Source of the DNA: Limnochordia bacterium
GTDB lineage: Bacteria > Bacillota > Limnochordia > DTU080 > RSA5
Assembly (NCBI GenBank): GCA_041686855.1
Contig: JAWLDA010000006.1
Span: 194,034 to 258,033, forward strand
Length of the DNA: 64,000 nucleotides
Direction of reading: 5' to 3'
Positions 20,862-30,717 of this stretch are shown here, one piece after another. The number at the start of each line of letters is the position of its first letter. Positions within the stretch are counted from its first letter, which is position 1. The notes beneath the pieces were generated by a model. The model saw only the letters and a program-made list of their open reading frames with translations. It was not told the DNA's origin and ran no database searches. A program made the position numbers and the translations under genes.

Positions 20862-21146
20862 TCACTCAGCCGGTTCGTTATCCCCATTCTTTGCGTCGGC
20901 CTCGCCGTCGGTCTCGTCCTCCGTCTCGTCCTCTTCGGGTTCAAAAAGGGCCAACGGATCGCCGTCTAAGACGATCACTACTTGGTAACCTTTCCGTTTG
21001 GCGCGGTTAAAGAGAGTGGCGACCGTGCCGGCGGAGATCTTAAGGCGCTTGGCAATCGTCGAGTTGCCGTATCCGGATTCCCGCAATACGACGACTTGGC
21101 GCTCGCGAAACGAGAGCCGTTCCGCACCGCGAATTTCGATTTGCAC
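20862..21146 (-). CDS. Small sigma-70 region 4/LuxR-like HTH protein with acidic tail
   Basis: GGAGG RBS, GTG 21146; LSFRERQVVVLRESGYGNSTIAKRLKISAGTVATLFNRAK; C-terminal EEDETEDETDGEAD. Confidence 0.8.
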   Translation of the reverse strand: MQIEIRGAERLSFRERQVVVLRESGYGNSTIAKRLKISAGTVATLFNRAKRKGYQVVIVLDGDPLALFEPEEDETEDETDGEADAKNGDNEPAE

Positions 21147-21171
21147 GTACGCACCCCTCCGGCCGGACTGG

Positions 21172-21203
21172 TTATCCACAATGTGTGGACAAAATGTGGA
21201 CAA
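21172..21203. promoter_or_regulatory. Cluster of three DnaA-box-like 9-mers
   Basis: TTATCCACA (21172-21180, perfect) and TGTGGACAA twice (21184-21192, 21195-21203; reverse complement TTGTCCACA). Confidence 0.65.
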
Positions 21204-21379
21204 ACCATATACAAATCAAGTACATAATTGAGCCTCAAGTAGATTCCTCAACGACCGGCGTGATCCTGCTCGCGAATTGGTGACGTTTTGCAAGTGGGAG
21301 GTCCACAAAGCGAGTACAAAGTATGTATACGGGCAACGAGACGGGCGTATGGGCGCTCGTCGGAAGGAAGTGAATTGGA

Positions 21380-22663
21380 GTGGAAGCGTTAAACGGGCGG
21401 CGCGTCTTACTGGGAGTGACCGGGGGCATTTCGGCTTACAAGGCGATCGAAGCGCTGCGACTCTTAACAAAGGCGGGGGCGTTTGTCGATGTAGTGATGA
21501 CACCGAGCGCTACCCAATTTGTAACACCCGCGACGTTTCGCGGTCTCTCGGGACGTCCTGTGATCGTCGATCTGCACCAACCACCGGCAGAGCTCTCCGG
21601 CGACCGCCGCACGATGCCTCACTTGGATATCGCCGAGGGCGCCGAGATCGCGCTCATCGTCCCGGCGACGGCGAACACCCTGGCGAAAATGGCATGGGGC
21701 TTTGCAGACAATGCACTCACGACGACACTCCTGTCAGTCCGGGCCCCGGTGATCGTTGCTCCGGCCATGGATACGGACATGTGGTTGCATCCTGCGACAC
21801 AAGAGAATGTGGAGAGGTTGCGACGCCGCGGCGTCGTCTTTGTGGGTCCCGAAGAAGGCGCGCTCGCTCGCCTAAACGTGGGAGCGGGCCGTTTGGCGGC
21901 GCCTGAGGCGGTGGTGCAGCGTGCGGCGGAGATCCTTTCAGAGGCCGTGTCGATTCCCGACGACGCAGGCCAGGACGCGGTGCCTGAAGTTCCAGGGCTC
22001 CAGGGTCGGCGACTCTTGGTAACCGCCGGCGGAACCCGAGAACCCCTTGACCCCGTCCGCTACCTTGGGAACCGCTCCTCCGGAAAAATGGGGTATGCGA
22101 TCGCCGCCCGTGCTTTGGCCCGCGGGGCGAAGGTGACCCTCGTGACCGCACCGAGTGCCCTGACTCCACCCGTTGGGTGCGACGTGGTACGGATCGAGAC
22201 GGCCCTCGAGATGAAAGCGGCCGTTGAGGAACGTCTTGAATCGAGTGAGGTGGTGGTGATGGCCGCGGCCGTGGCTGACTTTCGTCCCGAAGTACAGGCG
22301 GAGCAGAAAGTGAAGAAGGGCGCTCGTGAGAGCTGGGAGGTACGACTTGTGCGCAACCCGGACATCGCAGCAACTGTAGGAGCGGGCAAGCGCCCCGATC
22401 AACTCCTCGTCGCATTCGCCGCCGAGACAGAGAACTTACTGGCCAACGCTGTCAAGAAACTCGAATCGAAGAACGCGGATATCATCGTCGCCAACGATGT
22501 GAGTGAAGAGGGTTCCGGGTTTGAGGTGGACACCAATGCGGTCACCTTCTTACATAAGGGAGGAAGGCAGGAGCGCTTTCCGCAGTTGCCCAAGGAGCGT
22601 GTGGCTGATTTGTTGTTGGACAGAATCGCAAATACGCTTATTTCACGCTCGCGTGCGCAATGA
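21380..22663 (+). CDS. coaBC: Bifunctional phosphopantothenoylcysteine decarboxylase/synthetase
   Basis: GVTGGISAYKA, PATANTLAK, APAMDTDM, TAGGTREPLDPVRYLGNRSSGKMG, FAAET. Confidence 0.95.
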   Translation: MEALNGRRVLLGVTGGISAYKAIEALRLLTKAGAFVDVVMTPSATQFVTPATFRGLSGRPVIVDLHQPPAELSGDRRTMPHLDIAEGAEIALIVPATANTLAKMAWGFADNALTTTLLSVRAPVIVAPAMDTDMWLHPATQENVERLRRRGVVFVGPEEGALARLNVGAGRLAAPEAVVQRAAEILSEAVSIPDDAGQDAVPEVPGLQGRRLLVTAGGTREPLDPVRYLGNRSSGKMGYAIAARALARGAKVTLVTAPSALTPPVGCDVVRIETALEMKAAVEERLESSEVVVMAAAVADFRPEVQAEQKVKKGARESWEVRLVRNPDIAATVGAGKRPDQLLVAFAAETENLLANAVKKLESKNADIIVANDVSEEGSGFEVDTNAVTFLHKGGRQERFPQLPKERVADLLLDRIANTLISRSRAQ

Positions 22664-22829
22664 CGTAACGCCCTTGGGGCATTCTACACCGAAGGTACCG
22701 CCACCGGTCTTGGGTGGGCCGCGCTTACAAGGGAAATCAGCGCTATTGGCCGAACGTCGGCCCGAGTCGCGTTCCGCGACGCGACAATGTCGTACTCAAC
22801 AGCAAACTTAAGGAGGAGAACGCGACAAG

Positions 22830-24134
22830 ATGGTCTCTCCTGTCACGCAAACTTACGAAGCCCTTGGCCAGGAAGTCGTTTCGACGACCCTTCCCAATGG
22901 GCTCAAAGTGGTCCTTTTGCGCAAGCCGGGATATCAACGCAAGTACCTCACTTTCTCGACGCATTATGGCGGTATGGACTCCGTCTTTATTCGACCGGGG
23001 GAGTCCCAGCCTACACACGTCCCCGACGGCATCGCTCACTTCTTGGAGCATAAGCTCTTTGAGGAGCCTGACGGAACGAACGTGCTCGACAAGTACTCGC
23101 GAATGGGAGCGAGTCCCAACGCCTATACAGGGCAGAACTACACGGTTTATTTGTGTTCACTTGTCGAGCAGTTTGATGAAGGTTTCGATCTCCTTTTGGA
23201 CTACGTGCAAAATCCGCATTTCACGGATGAAAACGTCCATAAAGAGCAGGGGATCATCGAACAGGAGATTCAGATGGGCCTCGACTCTCCGATTCGCATG
23301 GTTTACTACAATCTCATCGATTCGTTGTACCAAGTGCATCCGGCTCGCATTCGCGTCATCGGTTCCGTTGAGTCGATTCATCAGATCACTAAGGAGCTGC
23401 TCTATGCCTGTCACGACACCTTCTATCACCCGAGCAACATGGTGGTAGCCGTCGCCGGCGACGTTGACTTTGACGACGTCCTTCGCCTGACGGCTCGTGA
23501 CATGGAGGCCCGGAATTACCAACCCCGAGGATCGATTGAGCGGGTGATTCCTGAAGAGCCCTTGGAGGTGCGCCAAGCGGAGGTGCGCCACAAGATGCAG
23601 GTCTCCCGGCCCAACGTCCTGATGGGTTTCAAGGGACGGTTAATGGCCGACGGTGGGGACCAACGGGAGTACCATCGCCGGCTCATCGGCGCGGAGTTGG
23701 CGCTCGACGCAGTTTTGGGACGCTCAACGGACGAGTATTGGAACCTGTACGAGCGGAGCGTCATTGCCAGTCGGTACGGGTACAGCCTGACGACGTACCC
23801 CGGCGTCTCGCATTTCTACGTCGGCTGTGAGACGGAAGAGCCGGAGGCGTTTCGTGACCGCATCACCGACGCGTTGGTCAAGGCGCGCGATCGCGGCATC
23901 GACGCCGAGCGCTTCGAAGAGGCGCGCAAACGGGCGATCGGCGACGTGCTGAGCGCGATGGACGACTTGCAACTGCTGGTACACCTGTATGTGACGCACC
24001 ACTTCGACGGTCTCGATCTCTTCGAACGCCGGGAACTGCTCAACGAAGTGAGTCTCGACGAGGCGCAGAGATTTTTAGGAGAGTTCGTTCAGGAGAATCG
24101 GCGGGCGTACTCAGTCATTGAACCTCTGTCGTAG
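22830..24134 (+). CDS. M16 family peptidase, active subunit (YmfH-like)
   Basis: GIAHFLEHKLFE HxxEH motif, NAYT, KEQGIIEQEI. Confidence 0.88.
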   Translation: MVSPVTQTYEALGQEVVSTTLPNGLKVVLLRKPGYQRKYLTFSTHYGGMDSVFIRPGESQPTHVPDGIAHFLEHKLFEEPDGTNVLDKYSRMGASPNAYTGQNYTVYLCSLVEQFDEGFDLLLDYVQNPHFTDENVHKEQGIIEQEIQMGLDSPIRMVYYNLIDSLYQVHPARIRVIGSVESIHQITKELLYACHDTFYHPSNMVVAVAGDVDFDDVLRLTARDMEARNYQPRGSIERVIPEEPLEVRQAEVRHKMQVSRPNVLMGFKGRLMADGGDQREYHRRLIGAELALDAVLGRSTDEYWNLYERSVIASRYGYSLTTYPGVSHFYVGCETEEPEAFRDRITDALVKARDRGIDAERFEEARKRAIGDVLSAMDDLQLLVHLYVTHHFDGLDLFERRELLNEVSLDEAQRFLGEFVQENRRAYSVIEPLS

Positions 24135-24199
24135 CGGTAGTCGAAAGGTCGCAAGTGGCCCGTTGAAGCGCAGCAACATTTCGGAGGAGTGATGCAGGA

Positions 24200-25498
24200 G
24201 TGGCGACCAGTCCGGTGGAGACAAGTGTATTTCAAGAGTTTCCCCTGGCGACAGGGATGCGATTGATGGTGGCGCCGACCCAAAAGTTTAAACGGACCCG
24301 CGTGATGGTGATTCTCCACGACCAACTCGACGCCGAGCGAGCCTCAAAGGGGGCTCTCCTGCCGTTTATTCAAAAGCGCGGCACGGAGCGTTATCCGTCG
24401 GGAATGGATCTGGAGAGAGCGGCCGGAGCGTTGTACGACGCAGACCTTTCAGGTGGAGTGTATAAGGTTGGTGACCGCCAGCTCATCACGTACTCCCTCG
24501 ACATGGTGAATGATCAGTACGTGGACGGCGAACTCTTTGGGTCGGGCCTCGACTTATTGGCGGAGATGCTATATCGACCAGTTACGGAAGGCGACGGACT
24601 CAAGGAGGAGTACGTAGAGCAGGAGAAACGTTTTCAGATCGGTCGGCTGAGGGCCTTAGTGAACAACAAGATTGCTCTGGCAAGGCATCGTTGCCTCGAG
24701 GAGATGTACCAAGGCCAGCCGTTTGCTCAGCACGAGCTCGGCTCAGAAGAGGGGATCATGGCGGCCGACGCCCGCTCGTTACTTGATCATCACCGACTCA
24801 TTCTCAATACGCGCCCCATGGACGTATATATCGTAGGGGACGTCGATCCGGAGCGTGCCTATGAAGAGGTGCGCAAGCGGTTCGTCGGCGACAGAGGAGC
24901 GCTTTCGACGGTTGAAACGACGCGCGTTAACAAAGGTGTGGGTGAGCCTCGAGAGGTCGTTCAAGAGGAGCGGATGAACCAAGGATGGCTAGTCCTGGGG
25001 CTCAAGACGGATATCCCCCGCAAAGACCCAGATCGTTACGGCATGATGTTCCTCAACGGAGTCCTTGGCGGTTTTGTGCACTCGAAACTATTTGCCAACG
25101 TGCGCGAGAAGGCGAGCCTCGCGTACACGGCTTCCTCATCGTACGACGCAAACAAGGGACTCTTGATGGCAATAGCGGGGATCGATGTAAACAAGTACGA
25201 CCAGGCCCTCGAGATTATGCGCAAACAGATCGACGACACCGTGGCGGGGGACTTCTCCGATGAAGTGTTGGAGGCGACTCGACGCGGGTTACGCTCCCAA
25301 TACCGAATGCGCTTGGACACCGCCGATGGCCGCATTCTCTTTCACGCCGGCGGTACAGCCGAAGGAGCGCCGGAGTCGATCGAAGAGGCGACCGCTGCGA
25401 TTGAGCGAATCGGGCGTGAGGATATCGTGCGCGTCGGCGAGCGGCTCCGTCTGGACATGGTCTTTTTTCTTAAAGGGAGCGGGATGAGTAGCGAGTGA
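24200..25498 (+). CDS. M16 family peptidase, inactive subunit (YmfF-like)
   Basis: KFKRT, HSKLFANVREKASLAY; no HxxEH. Confidence 0.85.
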   Translation: MATSPVETSVFQEFPLATGMRLMVAPTQKFKRTRVMVILHDQLDAERASKGALLPFIQKRGTERYPSGMDLERAAGALYDADLSGGVYKVGDRQLITYSLDMVNDQYVDGELFGSGLDLLAEMLYRPVTEGDGLKEEYVEQEKRFQIGRLRALVNNKIALARHRCLEEMYQGQPFAQHELGSEEGIMAADARSLLDHHRLILNTRPMDVYIVGDVDPERAYEEVRKRFVGDRGALSTVETTRVNKGVGEPREVVQEERMNQGWLVLGLKTDIPRKDPDRYGMMFLNGVLGGFVHSKLFANVREKASLAYTASSSYDANKGLLMAIAGIDVNKYDQALEIMRKQIDDTVAGDFSDEVLEATRRGLRSQYRMRLDTADGRILFHAGGTAEGAPESIEEATAAIERIGREDIVRVGERLRLDMVFFLKGSGMSSE

Positions 25499-26334
25499 TC
25501 GAACTTCATTGTCATACAACGGCTTCGGACGGCACCTTCACTCCGCAGGAGCTCGTCGCCCACGCCGTAGAACTGGGCATGACGCATCTGGCGATCACCG
25601 ATCACGATTCGGTCGCAGGAGTGATCGCTGCGCAGCCCCTATGCAGGGCTGCATCGATTCGTCTCATCCCGGCCATCGAGCTCAGCACTCGATATCAGGA
25701 GCAACCCGTCGATGTGTTGGGGTATGGAATCGATCCGGACTCTAAGGCGTTACGCTCGACGCTCCAGCGAACGGTGACGGCTCGCAATGAACGGATGCCG
25801 CGCATGGTCGAGCGTTTGCGCGCCGCCGGCGTGGCGATCGAGTTAGAGGATGTGCTACGCCAGGCGCCGGGCGGTGTGGTAGGCAGGCCCCACGTCGCCC
25901 ACGCATTGGTTGAGAAGGGCATTGTCGCCGACGTCCAGGAGGCATTCACGAAGTACCTCGCTCGCGGCAAAGCGGGGTACGTCCCTAAGGAGGTCCTCTC
26001 CCCCGAGGAGGCCGTAGGTGTGATTCAATCGGCCGGAGGAATCGCTGTCTTGGCGCACCCCTGCTACCTCAAGTTGGCGACCGAAGAGTTTGGCCATTTT
26101 CTCGACCGACTGATAGCCGCTGGTTTGACGGGCCTAGAAGTGTATTACAGTCAGCATACCTCCGCCGACGTCGATCGGTTCTCGCAATGGGCGCGCCAAC
26201 GGAGCCTGGTGTCGACCGGAGGTAGTGACTTTCACGGGACCAATAAGCCCCACATCAAGCTCGGGCTGGGTCCGGAGGGGGAACCTTTGTCGGATCGCTT
26301 GGCAGAGGAACTCTTGGACGCGATTGGTCAATAA
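25495..26334 (+). CDS. PHP domain phosphoesterase
   Basis: LHCHTTASDG, AITDHD, LAHP, TGGSDFHG. Confidence 0.9.
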   Translation: MIELHCHTTASDGTFTPQELVAHAVELGMTHLAITDHDSVAGVIAAQPLCRAASIRLIPAIELSTRYQEQPVDVLGYGIDPDSKALRSTLQRTVTARNERMPRMVERLRAAGVAIELEDVLRQAPGGVVGRPHVAHALVEKGIVADVQEAFTKYLARGKAGYVPKEVLSPEEAVGVIQSAGGIAVLAHPCYLKLATEEFGHFLDRLIAAGLTGLEVYYSQHTSADVDRFSQWARQRSLVSTGGSDFHGTNKPHIKLGLGPEGEPLSDRLAEELLDAIGQ

Positions 26335-26337
26335 GAA

Positions 26338-26363
26338 AGGGGCGGTTCGTTAGAACCGCCCCT
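26338..26363. terminator. Hairpin between convergent PHP and ferredoxin genes
   Basis: AGGGGCGGTTC-GTTA-GAACCGCCCCT perfect stem; T-rich tail on the minus strand. Confidence 0.7.
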
Positions 26364-26398
26364 GAGCTTGTCCATAGGACCCGCTACTTGTTATACGC

Positions 26399-26656
26399 CT
26401 ACTTGTAATGGTCTGCGTTCTTTTGAATGTACGACTGCCACTTCTCGGGAACTTCGTCCTCGGGGAAGATGGCCTCGACGGGGCACTCCGGCTCACAGGC
26501 GCCGCAGTCGATGCACTCGTCCGGATCGATATAAAGCTGGTCAATCTCCTCGTATCCATCCTCATCCGTCATGGGATGGATGCACTCAACCGGACATACC
26601 TCGACGCACGACGCGTCTTTGGTGCCGATACACGGCTCGGTAATTACAAACGCCAC
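26399..26656 (-). CDS. Dicluster (7Fe-type) ferredoxin
   Basis: CIGTKDASCVEVCPVECI and CIDCGACEPECP; GGAGG RBS before GTG 26656. Confidence 0.9.
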   Translation of the reverse strand: MAFVITEPCIGTKDASCVEVCPVECIHPMTDEDGYEEIDQLYIDPDECIDCGACEPECPVEAIFPEDEVPEKWQSYIQKNADHYK

Positions 26657-26899
26657 GTTGATCCCTCCGCTCTTGTACGACACTTCGCATGCTGGTTGTA
26701 CACCTATAATTTGGCACGGTGTTTTCCGTGACCATTTTATCAGATGACGTGCAGCCCACCAACCCCTTTCCTGGATAATTTTCGTGTTGGTTGGCCGTAG
26801 CTATTTTTTTCGGCAACCCTTCGGAGCATACTACTTGCGTGGCACGAATTGCCCCCTGCATCTGCTAAGAGAGTGAAGGTTGCGAAGGAGGAGATCCGT

Positions 26900-27043
26900 A
26901 TGGGACCTGAAGAGAACGATCGGGATTCATCGGCAACGCGCTCGGAAGTCGGCACGTCCGCGATCAAATGGAGCGCCATCGTCATCATTGTCGGGGCGGT
27001 TCTTTACTTCCTCGCACAATACGTCATGCCGCTCTTTCGATAG
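26900..27043 (+). CDS. Small single-TM protein (47 aa)
   Basis: AAGGAGG RBS, ATG 26900; WSAIVIIVGAVLYFLAQYVMPLF; downstream hairpin CTCCCTGT-TTG-ACAGGGAG. Confidence 0.6.
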   Translation: MGPEENDRDSSATRSEVGTSAIKWSAIVIIVGAVLYFLAQYVMPLFR

Positions 27044-27146
27044 TTTAGCTCGTCTCTTTTAGCCCGCGCCCGCCGGTCCTCCCTGTTTGACAGGGAGTTT
27101 GTGCCATCGTGCCGAAGAGACCTGGTGAAAGCGTCTATAAGGTGAG

Positions 27147-27917
27147 GTGAGCGCCGTGAGTGAGGCGCATCGAACACTCGAAGGTTGGTATGCCCTGCAC
27201 GACGTGCGAAGCATTGACTGGAGGGCTTGGAAAGCGTTCGCTCCCAAGGAGCAAGAGGAGGCTGTAGCTGAAGCCGAGGCTTTCTTTCGGCGCGCGGCTT
27301 CGGTCGACGACGCGCCCGAAGGGAGTTCGGGCGTGTACGCGCTCCTCGGTCACAAAGGGGATCTGATGATCCTGCACCTGCGGCCAAAGATGGACGATTT
27401 GCTCCGCTTGGAGGTCGAGTTTGCGCAAACTGCACTGGCCCAAGTGACGAAACGGACGTACTCTTACGTCTCTGTGACTGAGCTGGGTCAGTATACGTCG
27501 GAGGAAGAGAAAGCGCGGACGCCCCAGGAGGAGGCGTTTATCGCACGCCGCCTTAAACCTGTTATTCCAGATATGCCGTACGTCTCGTTTTACCCTATGA
27601 GCAAAAAAAGGGATGGCGACGACAACTGGTACTCGCTTCCAATGGAAGAGCGGCGCACGCTCATGTACGCGCACGGCGCGATCGGGCGCGCGTACCGCGG
27701 TGAAGTACAGCAAATGATCACAGGTTCCATGGGGTATGACGATTGGGAGTGGGGCGTCACACTTTACGCCGTCGATGCCCTGCCTATCAAAAAAATTGTT
27801 CAGGAGATGCGGTTTGACGAAGCGAGCGCGCGCTACGGCCTCTTTGGGTCATTTTACTTTGGTCTTCGCATCGAGCCCGAGACTCTCTCGGATATGATGG
27901 CCGGTCGCCTTCGGTAG
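27147..27917 (+). CDS. hemQ: Coproheme decarboxylase (HemQ/ChdC)
   Basis: TLEGWYALHD, FYPMSKKR...NWY, HGAIGRAY, DDWEWGVTL, EMRFDEASARY. Confidence 0.9.
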   Translation: MSAVSEAHRTLEGWYALHDVRSIDWRAWKAFAPKEQEEAVAEAEAFFRRAASVDDAPEGSSGVYALLGHKGDLMILHLRPKMDDLLRLEVEFAQTALAQVTKRTYSYVSVTELGQYTSEEEKARTPQEEAFIARRLKPVIPDMPYVSFYPMSKKRDGDDNWYSLPMEERRTLMYAHGAIGRAYRGEVQQMITGSMGYDDWEWGVTLYAVDALPIKKIVQEMRFDEASARYGLFGSFYFGLRIEPETLSDMMAGRLR

Positions 27918-27965
27918 GGAGGCACGGTTGTTTGACACCTCAGACAACTGTCCAAGGAAGGGGTA

Positions 27966-30710
27966 TTGATGGTGCAAACACACGGAGTGTTATTTCCACC
28001 ACCGATTCCACAGGGCCCTCCGCTCAACGGTCCGGTTCTCCTCAGGGATGGCCGTCCGGCCTATCTCAGGGAGGCTGGACCCGACGATATCCAGGAGTTG
28101 ACTGAGCTTGTCCGGCGAACGTCGGGCCACTCATTGTACTATCGGTTCTTTGGGGGAGTGGCGCGCACGCAGGAGATCGCCGAACGGTTGTTGGCGCCGC
28201 CGTCACCGCCCGACACGCCACCTGGGCTTGCCCTCGTTGTCACGGTGGGAGATGGAGAACGCTTTGAAATCGTCGGGGTGGGCAGCTACCTGCCACGCTC
28301 CGCTCGAGAGGCGGAAGTTGCCTTCTTGGTCCAGGATGACCATCACGGAAAGGGAATCGGCACCCTTCTACTCGAGCGATTGTCCTTAGCCGCAGAAGCA
28401 GAAGGCTTTGAACGCCTCATTGCCCACGTGCTGCCGGAGAACGAAAAAATGGTACGGGTCTTCTCCGACAGCGGCTACGAAGTGGTGCGTCAACTCGACG
28501 AAGGCGAACTCCTCATCTCGCTCGATATCGAGCATACGGCTCGGAGTGTGGAACTCTTCGAAGAGAGGGATCGCACTGCGACTGTCGCTTCCCTCCAATC
28601 CTTTTTTCGTCCGCGTTCGGTGGCTGTGGTAGGAGCCTCCCGCGACCCGAGTAGTATCGGGCATCGAGTCCTCAAAAACCTGATTGCCGCCGGGTTTAAC
28701 GGACCTGTTTACCCAGTGAATCCCCGAGCCGATGTAGTCGCCTCGATTCCGGCGTACGCGTCGGTCGTCGACATTCCGCGCCCTGTCGATCTGGCGATTA
28801 TTGCGGTCCCGCAACCGGCAGTCCTCTCAGTGGTGGAGGAGTGCGCCCAAAAAGGTGTGCGCGGCCTCGTGGTTTTGACGGCCGGTTTTGCGGAGACGGG
28901 CGAGGAAGGGCGCGCGCTGCAGCAGGAGCTCTTGCGACGGGTGCGGGGCCACGGAATGCGCATGGTAGGACCCAACTGCCTCGGACTTTTGAATCTCTCC
29001 TCCGACGTTCGGCTCAACGCGACCTTCTCTCCTACAGCTCCGCCGCCGGGACGGGTTGCGATGTCATCACAGAGTGGCGCTCTAGGCATCGCCATCATGG
29101 AGTACGCCAGGGAGTTGGGTCTTGGGCTCTCGTCCTTTGTGAGTGTCGGCAACAAGGCTGACGTCTCCGGTAACGATCTCCTACAATACTGGGAAGAGGA
29201 TCCAGAGACGAATCTGATCCTGCTGTACCTTGAGTCCTTTGGTAATCCCCGGCGCTTTGCACGTCTCGCGCGTCGCATCTCGCACCAGAAACCCATTTTG
29301 GCGGTGAAGAGCGGGCGCACTTCGGCCGGTCGCAAGGCGGCAGGCTCGCATACGGCCGCCCTCGCAGCGAGTGATGTCGGCGTCGAAGCCCTGTTCCGAC
29401 AGGCGGGGGTGATCCGGGTGGACACGCTCGAGGAGATGTTTGATGTGGCATCACTCCTCGCGCACCAGCCCATTCCGCAAGGCAGCCGGGTAGCCATTTT
29501 GACGAACGCCGGCGGGCCCGGAATCATGTGTGCGGATACGTGCGAGGCGGAAGGCCTGCAGCTGCCGGAGCTGACCGAAGCGACGCGTGAAGCTCTTCAA
29601 GCGTTTTTGCCGTCGGCGGCGAGTGTAACCAACCCTGTCGACATGGTCGCCTCGGCCACGGCGGACGATTACCGCCGATCGATCACCTTGCTCCTGGATG
29701 ACGAGAACGTAGACGCGGTCATCGTCATCTTTATCCCGACCGGGAGCGTAGACATCGACGCGGTCGCGCAAAGCATTCGCCGGGGCCGTTCGGAGGCTCA
29801 GACAGGTCGCCAAAAGCCACTCCTCGCATCGTTTATGGGCGCGCGCGGGATGTTGACGTCACTCGCCGATCAGCACGAAGGGGTTCCGTCGTATCGCTTT
29901 CCGGAGTCTGCGGCTCGGGCGCTGGCCAAAGCTGCGGCCCACGGCGCGTGGCGGCTCCGTCCCCGAGGGGTGATTCCCGCATTGGACGGGATCGACGTTC
30001 AGCGGGTTAAAGCGGTGTGTGAAAGGGCACACCGGCGCGGCAATGAGAGCTGGCTCCTTCCTGACGAGGTCGACGAGGTCCTACGTGCCGTAGGGATTCC
30101 TGTTGCCGAAACCGTGTTTTGCAGAAACGTCGATGAGGCGGTGGCAGCCGCAGATCGCCTCGGATATCCGGTGGTCGTCAAACTCGCTTCGGCCACGTTG
30201 GTACACAAGACTGAGTGGGATGGTGTCCGTCTCAACATCGACTCACCGCAAGCCGTCGTGGAGGCCTACTCCGGGATCCGCGAACGTCTGCGTCAAGCGG
30301 GCAGAGAAGACGAGATGGCTGGAGTGAGCATCCAGCCGATGGTAAAGGGAGGCACGGAGGTGATGATTGGGGTGACTGAGGATCCCAGCTTTGGCCCTCT
30401 CATCGCCTTCGGACTCGGCGGAGTCACGGTTGAGTTGCTGGGCGACGTCGTCTTCCGCATCACCCCGCTAACCGACCAGGACGCCGCCGAAATGGTCCGT
30501 GGCATTCGCGGTGCGCGCCTACTCGAGGGGTACCGTGGCGCTCCGCCGTCTGACTTGGAGAGCTTAGAGGATATGTTGCTGCGCCTTTCACAGCTCGTCG
30601 AGGAAGTTCCCCTGGTTGCGGATATTGAGTTCAATCCGGTTCGCGTCTTCTCCGAGGGCCAGGGCGCGCTCGTTCTCGACGCCCGCATACTCGTCCGCCA
30701 CGATGGATAG
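27966..30710 (+). CDS. Pat-type protein lysine acetyltransferase (N-terminal GNAT + CoA-binding + ATP-grasp)
   Basis: GKGIGTLLL GNAT motif, PRSVAVVGAS, GPNCLG, SVGNKAD, SHTAALA, HKTEWDGV. Confidence 0.88.
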   Translation: MMVQTHGVLFPPPIPQGPPLNGPVLLRDGRPAYLREAGPDDIQELTELVRRTSGHSLYYRFFGGVARTQEIAERLLAPPSPPDTPPGLALVVTVGDGERFEIVGVGSYLPRSAREAEVAFLVQDDHHGKGIGTLLLERLSLAAEAEGFERLIAHVLPENEKMVRVFSDSGYEVVRQLDEGELLISLDIEHTARSVELFEERDRTATVASLQSFFRPRSVAVVGASRDPSSIGHRVLKNLIAAGFNGPVYPVNPRADVVASIPAYASVVDIPRPVDLAIIAVPQPAVLSVVEECAQKGVRGLVVLTAGFAETGEEGRALQQELLRRVRGHGMRMVGPNCLGLLNLSSDVRLNATFSPTAPPPGRVAMSSQSGALGIAIMEYARELGLGLSSFVSVGNKADVSGNDLLQYWEEDPETNLILLYLESFGNPRRFARLARRISHQKPILAVKSGRTSAGRKAAGSHTAALAASDVGVEALFRQAGVIRVDTLEEMFDVASLLAHQPIPQGSRVAILTNAGGPGIMCADTCEAEGLQLPELTEATREALQAFLPSAASVTNPVDMVASATADDYRRSITLLLDDENVDAVIVIFIPTGSVDIDAVAQSIRRGRSEAQTGRQKPLLASFMGARGMLTSLADQHEGVPSYRFPESAARALAKAAAHGAWRLRPRGVIPALDGIDVQRVKAVCERAHRRGNESWLLPDEVDEVLRAVGIPVAETVFCRNVDEAVAAADRLGYPVVVKLASATLVHKTEWDGVRLNIDSPQAVVEAYSGIRERLRQAGREDEMAGVSIQPMVKGGTEVMIGVTEDPSFGPLIAFGLGGVTVELLGDVVFRITPLTDQDAAEMVRGIRGARLLEGYRGAPPSDLESLEDMLLRLSQLVEEVPLVADIEFNPVRVFSEGQGALVLDARILVRHDG

Positions 30711-30717
30711 GACGAGC

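Noticed and set aside
21172-21310. oriC at the DnaA-box cluster
   Set aside because: Only three good boxes, no dnaA/dnaN nearby and no clear unwinding element; treated as a regulatory site.
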